DNA of 64,000 nucleotides from contig NW_025964383.1 in NCBI RefSeq assembly GCF_023055435.1, positions 47,740,001 through 47,804,000 of the forward strand. Direction: 5' to 3'. Shown one piece after another: positions 1 through 12,628 of this stretch. The notes under the pieces were generated by a model. The model was not told where the DNA came from. It saw nothing but the letters and a program-made list of their open reading frames with translations, and ran no database searches. The number at the start of each line of letters is the position of its first letter. Position 1 is the stretch's first letter. Made by a program: the position numbers and the translations under genes. Source of the DNA: Haliotis rufescens. Lineage: Eukaryota.

Positions 1-290
1 CCTTATCGTTTCATTAGTACGACTGTTACAAAGTGTGAAGTTTTTTTGTTCCAATTATAAATGATTATTTCGAGATTAACATATCACAGTTGATTAAATG
101 TCACGCTAGTGACTTCATTGCGACTGTGTGTTTCTAAACATGGCGTGATATTTGTCCTGCCACGGTTCTAATTGTTGCCAATCACAGCACGCTTTACATC
201 CTCGCATTCCTCTGTAATACAACAATTACCCCGTCTGTGATCCCCGGACAAGCAGCGCCTGTGGGTGTGGATAGGGAAATAGCACTGCGT

Positions 291-484
291 GTGATGTGGT
301 ACTCCCTACAGCGACGGGAAGGTGGCGCTTTAACTTGTAACCTGCAGGGCTGGTGATGTGGTACTCCCTACAGCGACGGGAAGGTGGCGCTTTAACTGGT
401 AACCTGCAGGGCTGGTTGTGTGGTACTCCCTACAGCGACGGGAAGGTGGCGCTTTAACTGGTAACCTGCAGGGCTGGTTGTGTG
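291..484. repeat. Tandem repeat, ~61-62 bp x 3
   Basis: Unit gtgtggtactccctacagcgacgggaaggtggcgctttaactggtaacctgcagggctggtt. Confidence 0.9.
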
Positions 485-1196
485 ATCAGCCGGGTGAAGG
501 GATTGGCGTTGCCACTTCGGAATAATTTCTAACTGGAGAAAGTTACATTACAACTTTATGGAATTTGTAAACAGTAAAACACTTGTTATTATGGTTTGTT
601 TTTAGCAGATAAACAAACTTTTCACTATTACCTGTAGATTTAACCGTTCATATTGAATGTGGAAACAGACACAAATGAACTTAATCGCCCTTCATGACCA
701 AGTATGTGTGACAATACATGGAAATCGACTGAGAATGTGTGTTTAAAGTATTGGGAACCCCAGAGCTTGAAATTTGGCGCTTTTTCTACGGCCTACTGTG
801 ACGTCACTTTATTTAGTTTTTAATATATATTTCTCATGGTTGTGAACACGATTTTGAAGCTTCGAGTTAACCACAATGAGCTAACACCAAATAATACGCG
901 TTTAATTTTATCATGGTAGAATGGAGATGAATCCTAACTACAAGGAAAATGATTTTGTTTATGGCTTTCGCGGGTCTGTATGAAGAGTAAACAATGCAAC
1001 GTGTTCTTAAACAGTGTATTACTAAAATTAATGTGATAGATCTAGTTGCTGTATTGCCACTCTAGATAGCGTGGTGTACACATATACATTCTACTCCGTG
1101 TGTGCATCGATGATACCAGTATTGATACGTGTCTCTAAAATGTTTACGTGCTGTTCCTGTTTTACACATACCTCTCTGATTATGAACATGACACAT

Positions 1197-1470
1197 GTTT
1201 TTTTTTTGGTTTAGTTTGTTGTTTAACGATGCACTCAGCAATATTCCAGGTATATGACGGCGGTCTGTAAATAATCGAATCTGTACCAGATAATCCAGTG
1301 ATTAATACCATGAACATCGGTCCAAGCAATTGGGATCGATGACATGCATCAACCAAGTCGGCGAGCCTGACCACCCGATATCGTTAGTCCACCTCTTACG
1401 TCAAGCATAGTCGCCTTTCACGGCAAGCGTGGGTTGCTGAAGACCCATTCTAGCCCGGTTCTTCACCGGC
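1197..1470 (-). mobile_element. SINE-like family A (non-tRNA head), full-length
   Basis: Reverse complement matches the copies at 2655-2900 and 54438-54696: GTGAAGA..GGTCTTCAGCAACCC head and ...GGAATATTGCTGAGTGC..GTTAAACAACAAAC tail. Confidence 0.8.
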
Positions 1471-1782
1471 CGACTCAGATGCAACAATATTTAAATATGT
1501 AGTAAGTATGTGCACAGGAGAGTAATGAAAATGTGAAACGTGTATGTCCTTTTCACTATCAAACCGCCCTATATATAATTACACGTATACAGAGCCACCA
1601 CTCAAATGTGCACGCATGACCCCACATATGAGTGTCGTAAACAACTTAATAATGATGACTGCATTGTTACGTAATCGGCGTTGTAGACGGCCATGTGGTC
1701 TCAATGACCCTTTATGAGCTTATATATGTGATATAGTTTGAATATTCAAATGGGTCTAATCCCGATTGTTTCAGTAAATGAG

Positions 1783-2053
1783 TGAGTGAGTTGGGTTTAA
1801 CGCCGCTTTTAACAGTATTCCAGTTATATCACGGCGAGTCAGCTTAATGTGGGATGACAGCCCGAAGTGATGCAGGTCTCAGACGTTTACCACATCGACG
1901 AAACCCACGAGCACGGGTATGGTGCTGACAAACCTAGAAACATAATAGGGGCGAACCGGGATTTCCACAATCATAGGTTTCTGGCGTGCCCAAGGGACGC
2001 AACTCTGCAAAGCGAATCGCAGCGCCTTAGACGACAGGGCCACCCGTGCCCCC
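1783..2053 (-). mobile_element. tRNA-derived SINE family C (V-domain-like body)
   Basis: A-box-like GGTGGCCCTGTCGTCTAAGG on the - strand and (ACTC)n tail. 13-bp TSD ttcagtaaatgag (1770-1782) / ttcaataaatgag (2054-2066). Homologous to 23062-23342. Confidence 0.8.
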
Positions 2054-2498
2054 TTCAATAAATGAGATAGATTTATACATGTATTGTGTAGAACATCAAG
2101 ATATTATCCTATACATAATATCTGTATCTTTTTATCATCGTTGTACAAGATACGAGAGAAGATGAAAAACAGAAGAGGTGTACTCTTTGGGAGCAGTGTG
2201 TGATATTCAATCGTCAAATATACGTCTGTGTGCACCATCTATGACTTTTTTAAGGCTGCTCTTGTTTGCGCTGACGGGCCTAATGAACCTGGGGATTTAG
2301 AGTGTATGCTAATGAACTATGCACACTTGTCGCCTACTGCTCCAATCTTACACTTTACTGTTGTGCTATATCGGGAAATCATTCACCGTGTTAAAGGTTT
2401 TAGAACAAAGCATAACTGACAATATTTATCTTGTTTGTTTTTAATATGTTAACTTCATTCCTTTCTATGTATACAAAAGGATCGTATTATCTCCAGGG

Positions 2499-2900
2499 AC
2501 CCGTGAAGATCCGGGGTAGAACAGATCTTCAGCAACCCATGCTTGCTTCCACCCGTGAAGATCCGGGGTAGAACAGATCTTCAGCAACCCATGCTTGTCT
2601 CCACCCGTGAAGATCCGGGGTAGAACAGATCTTCAGCAAACCAAGCTTGTCTCCACCCGTGAAGATCCGGGGTAGAACAGATCTTCAGCAACCCAAGCTT
2701 GTCGTAAAATGCGACTATGCCTGTCGTAAGAGGTGACTAACAGGACCGGATGGTCAGACTCGCTGACTTTGTTGATACATGTCGATGTTCATGATGTCAA
2801 TCACTCGATTGTCTGTTCCAGACTCGATTATTTACAGGCCGCCGTCGTATAGCTGGAATATTGCTGAGTGCGGCGTTACACAAAAAAGAAACAAACAAAT
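2499..2900 (+). mobile_element. SINE-like family A with 52-bp head repeated 4 times
   Basis: ACCCGTGAAGATCCGGGGTAGAACAGATCTTCAGCAACCCATGCTTG starts at 2499, 2551, 2603 and 2655, followed by the normal body and an A/C-rich tail. Confidence 0.85.
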
Positions 2901-3272
2901 AATAAGGATAGTGTGCCTCTTCTCAAATAGGTACAAACATGCGTACTTCCGTGGATGATGTCCTAAATTGCCATGACGTCATGCGACAAGGTTTCAAAGC
3001 AATTATCCATTTGTGACCAACTCGTGCCATTCCGGGGCATGCTGAATAAGGTTACACAAGTTTCGAGTGGTGCCGAATGTTTTCTTGGAGGTTGCGGGAA
3101 TATGTGAGCGGTGACAAATGTCGTCTTGTAAGTACGGACAGAGGCGCGTCGTCACGAATGTAAGCACAGAGTAATGTACAAAATTATACAAGAAATATTG
3201 CATCTTTGTGATGACACATTCAAGTGAGTGAGTGAGTCCGTTTGGTGTCTGCTCTAGATTCGGGATTAATGC

Positions 3273-4530
3273 GTGAGTGAGTGAGATGTGAACAGCTAGT
3301 GTTCCAGTTATATCACGGCGTGTCAGCTTAATGTGGGAGTGAGTGAGATGTGAACAGCTAGTGTTCCAGTTATATCACGACGTGTCAGCTTAATGTGGGA
3401 GTGAGTGAGATGTGAACAGCTGGTGTTTCAGTTGTATCACGGCGTGTCAGCTTAATGTGGGAGTGAGTGAGATGTGAACAGCTAGTGTTTCAGTTATATC
3501 ATGACGTGTCAGCTTAATGTGGGAGTGAGTGAGATGTGAACAGCTAGTGTTTCAGTTGTATCACGGCGTGTCAGCTTAATGTGGGAGTGAGTGAGATGTG
3601 AACAGCTAGTGTTCCAGTTATATCACGGCGTGTCAGCTTAATGTGGGAGTGAGTGAGATGTGAACAGCTAGTGTTCCAGTTATATCACGACGTGTCAGCT
3701 TAATGTGGGAGTGAGTGAGATGTGAACAGCTGGTGTTTCAGTTGTATCACGGCGTGTCAGCTTAATGTGGGAGTGAGTGAGATGTGAACAGCTAGTGTTT
3801 CAGTTATATCACGACGTGTCAGCTTAATGTGGGAGTGAGTGAGATGTGAACAGCTAGTGTTTCAGTTGTATCACGGCGTGTCAGCTTAATGTGGGAGCGA
3901 GTGAGATGTGAACAGCTGGTGTTTCAGTTGTATCACGGCGTGTCAGCTTAATGTGGGAGTGAGTGAGATGTGAACAGCTGGTGTTTCAGTTGTATCACGG
4001 CGTGTCAGCTTAATGTGGGAGTGAGTGAGATGTGAACAGCTAGTGTTTCAGTTGTATCACGGCGTGTCAGCTTAATGTGGGAGTGAGTGAGTGAGATGTG
4101 AACAGCTAGTGTTTCAGTTGTATCACGACGTGTCAGCTTAATGTGGGAGTGAGTGAGATGTGAACAGCTGGTGTTTCAGTTATATCACGACGTGTCAGCT
4201 TAATGTGGGAGTGAGTGAGATGTGAACAGCTAGTGTTCCAGTTATATCACGACGTGTCAGCTTAATGTGGGAGTGAGTGAGATGTGAACAGCTAGTGTTC
4301 CAGTTATATCACGACGTGTCAGCTTAATGTGGGAGTGAGTGAGATGTGAACAGCTAGTGTTCCAGTTATATCACGGCGTGTCAGCTTAATGTGGGAGTGA
4401 GTGAGATGTGAACAGCTAGTGTTTCAGTTATATCACGGCGTGTCAGCTTAATGTGGGAGTGAGTGAGATGTGAACAGCTAGTGTTTCAGATATATCACGA
4501 CGTGTCAGCTTAATGTGGGAGTGAGTGAGA
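3273..4530. repeat. Minisatellite, 62-bp unit x ~20, derived from the family C SINE 3' end
   Basis: Unit gagtgagtgagatgtgaacagctagtgttccagttatatcacggcgtgtcagcttaatgtgg matches the family C tail at ~1780-1855. Confidence 0.92.
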
Positions 4531-4668
4531 GGTTTACCGCTTTGGTGCTGACAAACCGAGACACATAGTCAGGGCGAATCTGGTATTCAGACCCACGATT
4601 GTGGATGTCTGGTACGCTAAAAGGGGACGCAACTCTGACCAGCAAATAGCGTGCCGCAGACGACTGCA
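4531..4668 (-). mobile_element. Remainder (body and head) of the family C SINE whose tail was amplified
   Basis: tggtgctgacaaacc...agggcgaatc...gggacgcaactctg...agacgac aligns with 1920-2036. Confidence 0.7.
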
Positions 4669-5299
4669 GTCAAATCACGGCACACTAGTCAAATCACAGG
4701 TCACCAGTCAAATCACAGGTCACCAGTCAAGTAAAATCACCAGTTGTTCAGTTAAAGCGACCAATAAGCTGATGTTCACGGATGCTGATGCTGTTATAAT
4801 ACAGCGGTTAAATAATCCGGGAATGACAAACTGGTGGTTGATGGAATGACGAACGATACACGCCGTCGGAGTACGATGTCGCTCAGCTACCTACGTCACA
4901 GATTGCTATAACCTAATCCTCAATTGTCGACTCCTACTAAAAGCATTTTATACCAGCGGCGTTATGCCATGCAGTAAACGGTTAAGCCTGTGAAGACGTT
5001 TACCAGTCCGATCAGTTAGGCTTCGATGGCAAATGTGGCTTATGGATCATAGGATTGATTAATCTTGTATAATGTTCTGTCGGTAGAGCTGTCGTTTTCA
5101 TATAATCCTGTAAATGTGTTAATAAAGGTGCTTGAGTGTTCGTTTTCGGATGCAATATGACATGATGTTTATCTAGCAAAATGACGCGACTGGATAGCTA
5201 ATCGGATTACATTTCTTTAAAATCTACGCGTTTTACTAAGAAAACGACTCAGTTGTCAGATTATGTCTGAAGCGGAGCTCCGTATGGCAGGTCCCGCTA

Positions 5300-5400
5300 A
5301 CTGAATCTATCAGCCAATCAGATTGGAGAGGTGTTGACCCCGTGACCTCAAGTATTACTCATGCAAATGGCGACTTCATGTAGGCATTCATCTATGGACG
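5300..5400 (+). promoter_or_regulatory. Putative glypican proximal promoter
   Basis: Back-to-back CCAAT boxes CCAATCAGATTGG (5314-5326) and a YY1-like CAAATGGCG (5364-5372), about 130-180 bp upstream of the ATG. The region is visibly richer in CpG than the intron. Confidence 0.45.
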
Positions 5401-5494
5401 GTTCGTGAAGACGACAGCGTGTTGTTTCTCTTGGTTCGCCTGGTCTATTTTCATACCACATTTTCTTGGATTGTACATTTGTGTGTCTCATGTG

Positions 5495-5678
5495 ATGAAC
5501 ATGGTTTCTCTCTGCCGGATTATATCGTTGTTGTGTGTCAGCGTGTGTGTGATAGCCGTTGCGCTTGCCTCGGCACCTTCTCATAGACATCAGGGAAAAG
5601 AATGTGGACGGGTTCAACGCGAGTTTTCACACAAAAAGATAGGCTCACATAATCTAGTACCCGATAACAAAGTACATG
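5495..5678 (+). CDS. GPC5: Glypican (GPC3/GPC5/Dally-like) coding exon 1: signal peptide and first conserved Cys. Start ATG at 5495 or 5501.
   Basis: Encodes MNMVSLCRIISLLCVSVCVIAVALAS (hydrophobic signal peptide) then ...KECGRVQREFSHKKIGSHNLVPDNKVH, resembling the glypican N-terminal C-x2-V-x3-F motif. Ends G|GTAAGT (phase-1 donor at 5679). The symbol is tentative: GPC3 versus GPC5 orthology cannot be resolved here. Confidence 0.85.
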
Positions 5679-6658
5679 GTAAGTATTCTGACCCCACAAC
5701 GAAATCCATGTTTTTCATTTTGAACCGCGAGACGTGCGTTCTGTTTGAGTTTCATTGCTTTTGTGAATGTTGCGATACCGAAGCCCCTTTTCTTTTTTGT
5801 TCTCACACAACATGCCGCAATACAAACGTGGAAAGGCTTGTGTTTCCTACGCACTAGATGGCCTAGATATTGCGTGATTTCAGATCATGTACGGTATTTG
5901 ACTCTACCCAGTAAGCTTTATTGTAAGAACATATTTTGTGTTTCAAATTATGAAAGAAATATCAGTCGAAATAGTAATTTTGACAGCTGAAATACCGACA
6001 TATGCTCCGAGATATGACTATATTACCTCTTTACTATGTGGATAATGATGTTATAACTAGACTAACCCAATTTTATTTGGTTACTTTCTAGTCTTTTGTG
6101 TAACACATCAAATAAAGAATTATCATTTGTGGTTAATGTGTTTCATAGAACATTGTTAAAAGTCATAGGCAGTTGAAAACAGTGTTATCCAAGCTTTGTG
6201 AAGGCATGGTGAAAATAAACAATGTCCAAATATGTGGAATAATACTAAACAATATTCATATTGATAAGGTGGATAATAACTTATAAAATGGTTATTGAAA
6301 TAAATGGTGATGTGTGACATTGTGAGCCTGGTGAATAAATATGTCCACATACACCATGTTCACAATGTTTACAACATACTTAATACAACATAATTTTACA
6401 ATTAATTTCTTGTAAGGACTTAAGTTATCCTCTGTCAGACCAACACTACACAACACACGGTTAGTCAGAAAGATAAGGTTAAGTTTATCCATAAAGTTTT
6501 TTCTCATCACAAATACTGCTTTCTTGATTCTGAAAAAACTTTTGTCCAAATGTTGTTCCAATATTTCTTCAAGCTTCCTTGTACCTAGTTCTTTGAGGTT
6601 GGGAGTAGCTTCCCCAAACAGCCAAAGTCCTTAAATTTTAACCAAAATTTGATTTCAG

Positions 6659-6835
6659 ATTCAGGTGTGTCAGTGTGTTTCAATGGTAAAGAACTTAAGC
6701 ACCACAAATCGTGCTGCACGAAAGATACAGAGGAGAAATATGTGAAGGCTGCAGAGAGATATTTAAAAGACAGTCTACGATCAACCAATGCATATTTGAA
6801 GAAGCTTGTGATGGAGAGTTTGGCTCGGTTTCAAG
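6659..6835 (+). CDS. GPC5: Glypican coding exon 2
   Basis: Acceptor tttcAG|AT in phase 1, matching exon 1. Encodes DSGVSVCFNGKELKHHKSCCTKDTEEKY...LARFQ, with the glypican 'C...SCCT..(M/T)EE(K/R)Y' motif. Donor CAAG|GTAAGA, phase 1. Confidence 0.92.
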
Positions 6836-8566
6836 GTAAGACGGTGTAAACACCTACTTTCACCTTTAGCACCCACATCTGTATTTTTTTTAATAGAATT
6901 TAGAAAATGACACCTGAATGTATTTAAAAAATTAGTCAGACTGGAAAGACATTTGAAAATAGTACCTACATCTGTTAGTGTTGTTAACCTCATCAGATTC
7001 GGCGCTTGCTGTCTCAGCATTTATCACAAGCTTCAGGCAGTGACATTTTATTATTTTTTTACATTCTGGAATCATTGCTTCTGTTCTTGTGAAGGATATG
7101 GACGTCATTAAAACCACACTGGCCAAAGTTTTTGTCATATTTCAAGATAATAAAATTTAAATGGAAACATAAAGATATTTTGGCCTATGTCAGCTGCTTT
7201 TGCCAATGATGTGGACTGGCGTAGTAGAGCTCCTAAGCTAGAACTAGTCTTCGGTATCAAGATACAACAGGAGATGACCAAATATTGAATAGAGACAGAT
7301 TTGCGTCTGTAAACAAGCAATGTTTGTGCTTAGAAGGCCTCATACACTTGGGGCTATCAATGGCCTTGTTGAAAGTTGCAACTGTGCTAACCAAATTACG
7401 CCCTGCCTTTTCCCACTCTTTAGTTTATATTTACCAATCCTGTTTTGATGAATGCTCACTGTTGATTTTAGTGATTTTTTTGTAAAATGATTTGTGTAGT
7501 CATTTTGTTTAAAGGGCACTGGATTGCTTTTGAAATGAATTTCAATTTGCTTGGTCAAAATGTACAAACACGGTCGTCAATTTCAGGTCATATCCATTGT
7601 GAGACTACACGACACCATGCGTTTACTTTGCCAATTGCGGTGTCTATATGGTAGAAAGTGTTGTCAGCGCAATATTCTTTCAACCAATTTGGGGCAATTT
7701 AAAGCAAATGTCAATAATTCTTAAAAGTATCGAATGGAAAGTGTTATGGGTTAAAAAGAGATTTACTGGATTCACATAAAGTAGTGTGACTTAAGTAATT
7801 AATCTGATTTTTGAATGTGACATTGACAATCCAACACATGTGCTCGATATGTACGACAGTCCATAAAGTGTTGATTTCAATTGTCCATCGTCAATAGCCT
7901 CTGTCACAGCTTTGTACCATTGTGGGATAAGTTATTGATTTCATGGCAGCTGTTGTCAAAAGTCTATATGAATGTTTATGCTGCATTTACACGGTAATTC
8001 TCCCTTGACACGGTGCTCTCATACCTCCATCTCGGATATGTGACATCAGGTTTTATCTCAAGTGTATGACATTTGAAACTAATTGACACTTAATGGTCCA
8101 ATGACTTATTCAAAGATGTCTCCAAGAGAGCATGGTATATTTCTCTACTTACATTAATATTGTACACAGAGATTGAGGATGTGAAGGTTTATGTTTCAAA
8201 CTCACATTGAGCATTAAGAGTGATGAATTATTTATCCAACCATCAAGTCTGACAAGGGTGTTGGTGTACACATGTAGTTAGCGTATTCTATTTTGATAAA
8301 TGGACGCAGCAGATATTGAGCTGCAGAATATACTCCAGGGATATTTTTGAGGAACAACCTATGGATAGCAAGTTGAAAGGGTCATTGTGTAGAAATTGAA
8401 AGTAGAGTGAAGTGCCCACATGTAAAGTGAAACTAGACTGCTAATATTTTTAAACACTGATTACTATAGACGGAGACAGGTGACAGGGTTTATCAATACT
8501 TGACAGCTCAGAATATGGTAGTGACATTTGTGAATTGTTGGTGCTCGTCATCACCCATCCAACCTG

Positions 8567-8672
8567 TTCACTCGTCACGCCGAAGACCCGGATCCGATTC
8601 CTGACATGGTATCCCATGCTGTGATATTGCTGGAATATTGCTAAAAGCGGCGTAAAATCATACTCACTCACT
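8567..8672 (+). mobile_element. tRNA-Asp-like short SINE family B, partial
   Basis: ctcgtcacgccgaagacccggatccgattcc...gatattgctggaatattgctaaaagcggcgtaaaatcatactcactcact. Confidence 0.7.
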
Positions 8673-9530
8673 ACACAGACAGACAGACAGACACACACCT
8701 CCCCGAGCCCTGACGACAGACTGATCTTCAGTGTATGACTATTGATTGTAAGGACAACACTGATGATGCAGGTTGCACCCAATGCATCCTCGGGACCAGC
8801 ATCCTCCTCAGTTTGTACCGAGTCCACCCAGACACAACTCAGCCTCATCAATTCCTTTTCTGTTTCTTTTGAGTGACCTTCTCCGGAGAAGAGAGGGCGT
8901 GTATTTCACGTACATTTCATGTAGGTTTCATGTATTGATTGACGGGATGGGTCCAGGAAGATAGATTGGTGATGGAATGTTGTGTGTTGGTCGACATGTT
9001 CTTTATCCAGTACTTCTGTACATACTTAACAACTAGCACTGAGCTCGCGGGGAATGTTCCGTATGTAACAGAGCATGTGTTTTCCTATCATCCAACTGTT
9101 CCGGTGGCACAAGTCCAACCAGGACGAGTTTAGCAGTGAGGGGACTGACTTGTATCTCTCTAACAGCATTTACAAAGGCATCCCTGCCTTTGTCGATTAC
9201 ATTCATGTGTGGTATTTTTAGATCTGTGAACTTCTGAAATTTACACTGATATGAATGCGTCACATTTTTGCCGAGGTGTGTTTGCACAAGTGTACTTTGA
9301 TGTGCTGCAACACTGACCAATTATGTCCAATTTGCCCCTGCTAACTTCTCATGCGGGTGTTTACTTACATGGCAGCTTCAGGCCCATGGGTTGTTGGCCC
9401 TCTGTTGGCCGTGTGTATAGAACAACGGCTACGTGCTCTATGCTTGTTTGCATCCATCTCTCACGCTCCCAGCACGGAAACACACAAGTGATAATACACA
9501 CTCTGTGACCAGTGGTCAAGCTCTCAAGCC

Positions 9531-12500
9531 ACAGTGGCCAGCACTGTTACAGGTGTCCATTCACAGACTAGTGGTCAGTACTGTTAGAGGTGTCCATTCA
9601 CAGACTAGTGGTCAGTACTGTTACAGGTGTCCATTCACAGACTGTAGTGGTCAGTACTGTTACAGGTGTCCATTCACAGACTGTAGTGGTCAGTACTGTT
9701 AGAGGTGACCATTCACAGACTGTATGGTCAGTACTGTTAAAGGTGTCTATTCACAGACTGTAGTGGTCAGTACTGTTAGAGGTGTCCATTCACAGACTGT
9801 AGTGGTCAGTACTGTTAGAGGTGTCCATTCACAGACTGTAGTGGTCAGTACTGTTAGAGGTGTCCATTCACAGACTGCAGTGGTCAGTACTGTTAGAGGT
9901 GTCCATTCACATACTGTAGTGGTCAGTACTGTTAGATGTATGGCCATTCACAGACTGTAGTGGTCAGTACTGTTAGAGGTGTCCATTCACAGACTGTAGT
10001 GGTCAGTACTGTTACAGGTGTCCATTCACAGACTGTAGTGGTCAGTACTGTTAGAGGTGTCCATTCACAGACTGAAGTGGTCAGTACTGTTAGAGGTGTC
10101 CATTCACAGACTGTAGTGGTCAGTACTGTTACAGGTGTCCATTCACAGACTGTAGTGGTCAGTACTGTTACAGGTGTCCATTCACAGACTGTAGTGGTCA
10201 GTACTGTTACAGGTGTCCATTCACAGACTGTGGTGGTCAGTACTGTTACAGGTGTCCATTCACAGACTGTGGTGGTCAGTACTGTTAGAGGTGTTCATTT
10301 ACAGACTGTAGTGGTCAGCACTGTTAGAGGTGACCATTCACAGACTAGGGGACAGTACTATTAGAGGTGACCGTTCAGACTGTAGTGGTCAGTACTGTTA
10401 GAGGTGTCCATTCACAGACTGTGGTGGTCATTACTGTTAGAGGTGTCCATTGACAGACTGTAGTGGTCAGTACTGTGAGAGGTGTCCATTCACAGACTGT
10501 GGTGGTCAGTACTGTTAGAGGTGTCCATTCACAGACTGTGGTGGTCAGTACTGTTAGAGGTGTCCATTCACAGACTGCAGTGGTCAGTACTGTTAGAGGT
10601 GTCCATTCACAGACTGTAGTGGTCAGTACTGTTACAGGTGACCATTCACAGACTGTGGTGGTCAGTACTGTTAGAGGTGACCATTCACAGACTGTAGTGG
10701 TCAGTACTGTTAGAGGTGACCATTCACAGGCTTTAGTGGTCAGTACTGTTACAGGTGACCATTCACAGGCTTTAGTGGTCAGTACTGTTAGAGGTGGCCA
10801 TTCACAGACTGTAGTGGTCAGTACTGTTACAGGTGTCCATTCACAGACTGTGGTGGTCAGTACTGTTAGAGGTGTCCATTCACAGACTGTGGTTGTCAGT
10901 ACTGTTACAGGTGACCATTCACAGACTGTGGTGGTCAGTACTGTTACAGGTGACCATTCACAGACTGTAGTGGTCAGTACTGTTACAGGTGTCCATTCAC
11001 AGACTGTGGTGGTCAGTACTGTTAGAGGTGTCCATTCACAGACTGTGGTGGTCAGTACTGTTAGAGGTGTCCATTCACAGACTGTGGTGGTCAGTACTGT
11101 TAGAGGTGTCCATTCACAGACTGCAGTGGTCAGTACTGTTAGAGGTGTCCATTCACAGACTGTAGTGGTCAGTACTGTTACAGGTGACCATTCACAGACT
11201 GTGGTGGTCAGTACTGTTAGAGGTGTCCATTCACAGACTTTAGTGGTCAGTACTGTTACAGGTGACCATTCACAGACTGTGGTGGTCAGTACTGTTAGAG
11301 GTGACCATTCACAGACTGTGGTGGTCAGTACTGTTACAGGTGTCCATTCACAGACTGTAGTGGTCGGTACTGTTAGAGGTGTCCATTGACAGACTGTAGT
11401 GGTCAGTACTGTTAGAGGTGTCCATTCACAGACTTTAGTGGTCAGTACTGTTACGGGTGACCATTCACAGACTGTGGTGTTCAGTACTGTTAGAGGTGAC
11501 CATTCACAGACTGTGGTGGTCAGTACTGTTACAGGTGTCCATTCACAGACTGTGGTGGTCAGTACTGTTACAGGTGACCATTCACAGACTGTGGTGGTCA
11601 GTTCTATTAGAGGTGTCCATTGACAGACTGTAGTGGTCAGTACTGTTAGAGGTGTCCATTGACAGACTGTAGTGGTCAGTACTGTTAGAGGTGACCATTC
11701 ACAGACTGTAGTGGACAGTACTATTACAGGTGACCGTTCACAGACTGTAGTGGTCAGTACTGTTAGAGGTGTCCATTCACAGACTGTAGTGGTCAGCACT
11801 GTTACAGGTGTCCATTGACAGACTAGTGGTCAGTACTGTTAGAGGTGTCCATTCACAGACTGTGGTGGTCAGTACTGTTAGAGGTGACCTTTCACAGACT
11901 GTAGTGGTCAGTACTGTTAGAGGTGTCCATTCACAGACTGTAGTGGTCAGTACTGTTACAGGTGTCCATTCACAGACTGTAGTGGTCAGTACTATTAGAG
12001 GTGTCCATTCACAGACTGTAGTGGTCAGTACTGTTAGAGGTTTCCATTCACAGACTTTAGTGGTCAGTACTGTTACAGGTGACCATTCACAGACTTTAGT
12101 GGTCAGTACTGTTACAGGTGACCATTCACAGACTGTGGTGTTCAGTACTGTTACAGGTGACCATTCACAGACTGTGGTGGTCAGTACTGTTAGAGGTGTC
12201 CATTCACAGACTGTAGTGGTCAGTACTGTTAGAGGTGTCCATTCACAGACTTTAGTGGTCAGTACTGTTACAGGTGACCATTCACAGACTGTAGTGGTCA
12301 GTACTATTAGAGGTGTCCATTCACAGACTGTAGTGGTCAGTACTGTTAGAGGTGTCCATTCACAGACTGAAGTGGTCAGTACTGTTAGAGGTGTCCATTC
12401 ACAGACTGTAGTGGTCAGTACTGTTACAGGTGACCATTCACAGACTGTGGTGGTCAGTACTGTTAGAGGTGTCCATCCACAGACTGTAGTGGTCAGTACT

Positions 12501-12628
12501 GTTAGATGTATGGCCATTCACAGACTGTAGTGATCAGTACTGTTACAGGTGACCATTCACAGACTGTGATGGTCAGTACTGTTAGAGGTGTCCATCCACA
12601 GACTGTAGTGGACATCACTGTTAGAGGT
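9531..12628. repeat. Minisatellite, 39-bp unit x ~79
   Basis: Unit gtagtggtcagtactgttagaggtgtccattcacagact. It gives the 13-aa periodic ORFs on both strands. Confidence 0.95.

Noticed and set aside
2655-2755. HDV-like or hammerhead ribozyme in the family A head
   Set aside because: A hairpin followed by CTAA resembles HDV P4-J4/2, but I could not place P1, P1.1 and P3 in the required order. No CUGAUGA/GAAA hammerhead core is present. Kept only as an unclassified structured-RNA candidate.
9724-12530. Long ORFs (up to 474 aa) with mucin-like TVLTTTVCEWTPL / VVVSTVRGVHSQT repeats
   Set aside because: They are translations of a 39-bp (13-codon) minisatellite open on both strands, interrupted by frameshifts and stops, with no unique coding flanks or splice evidence.
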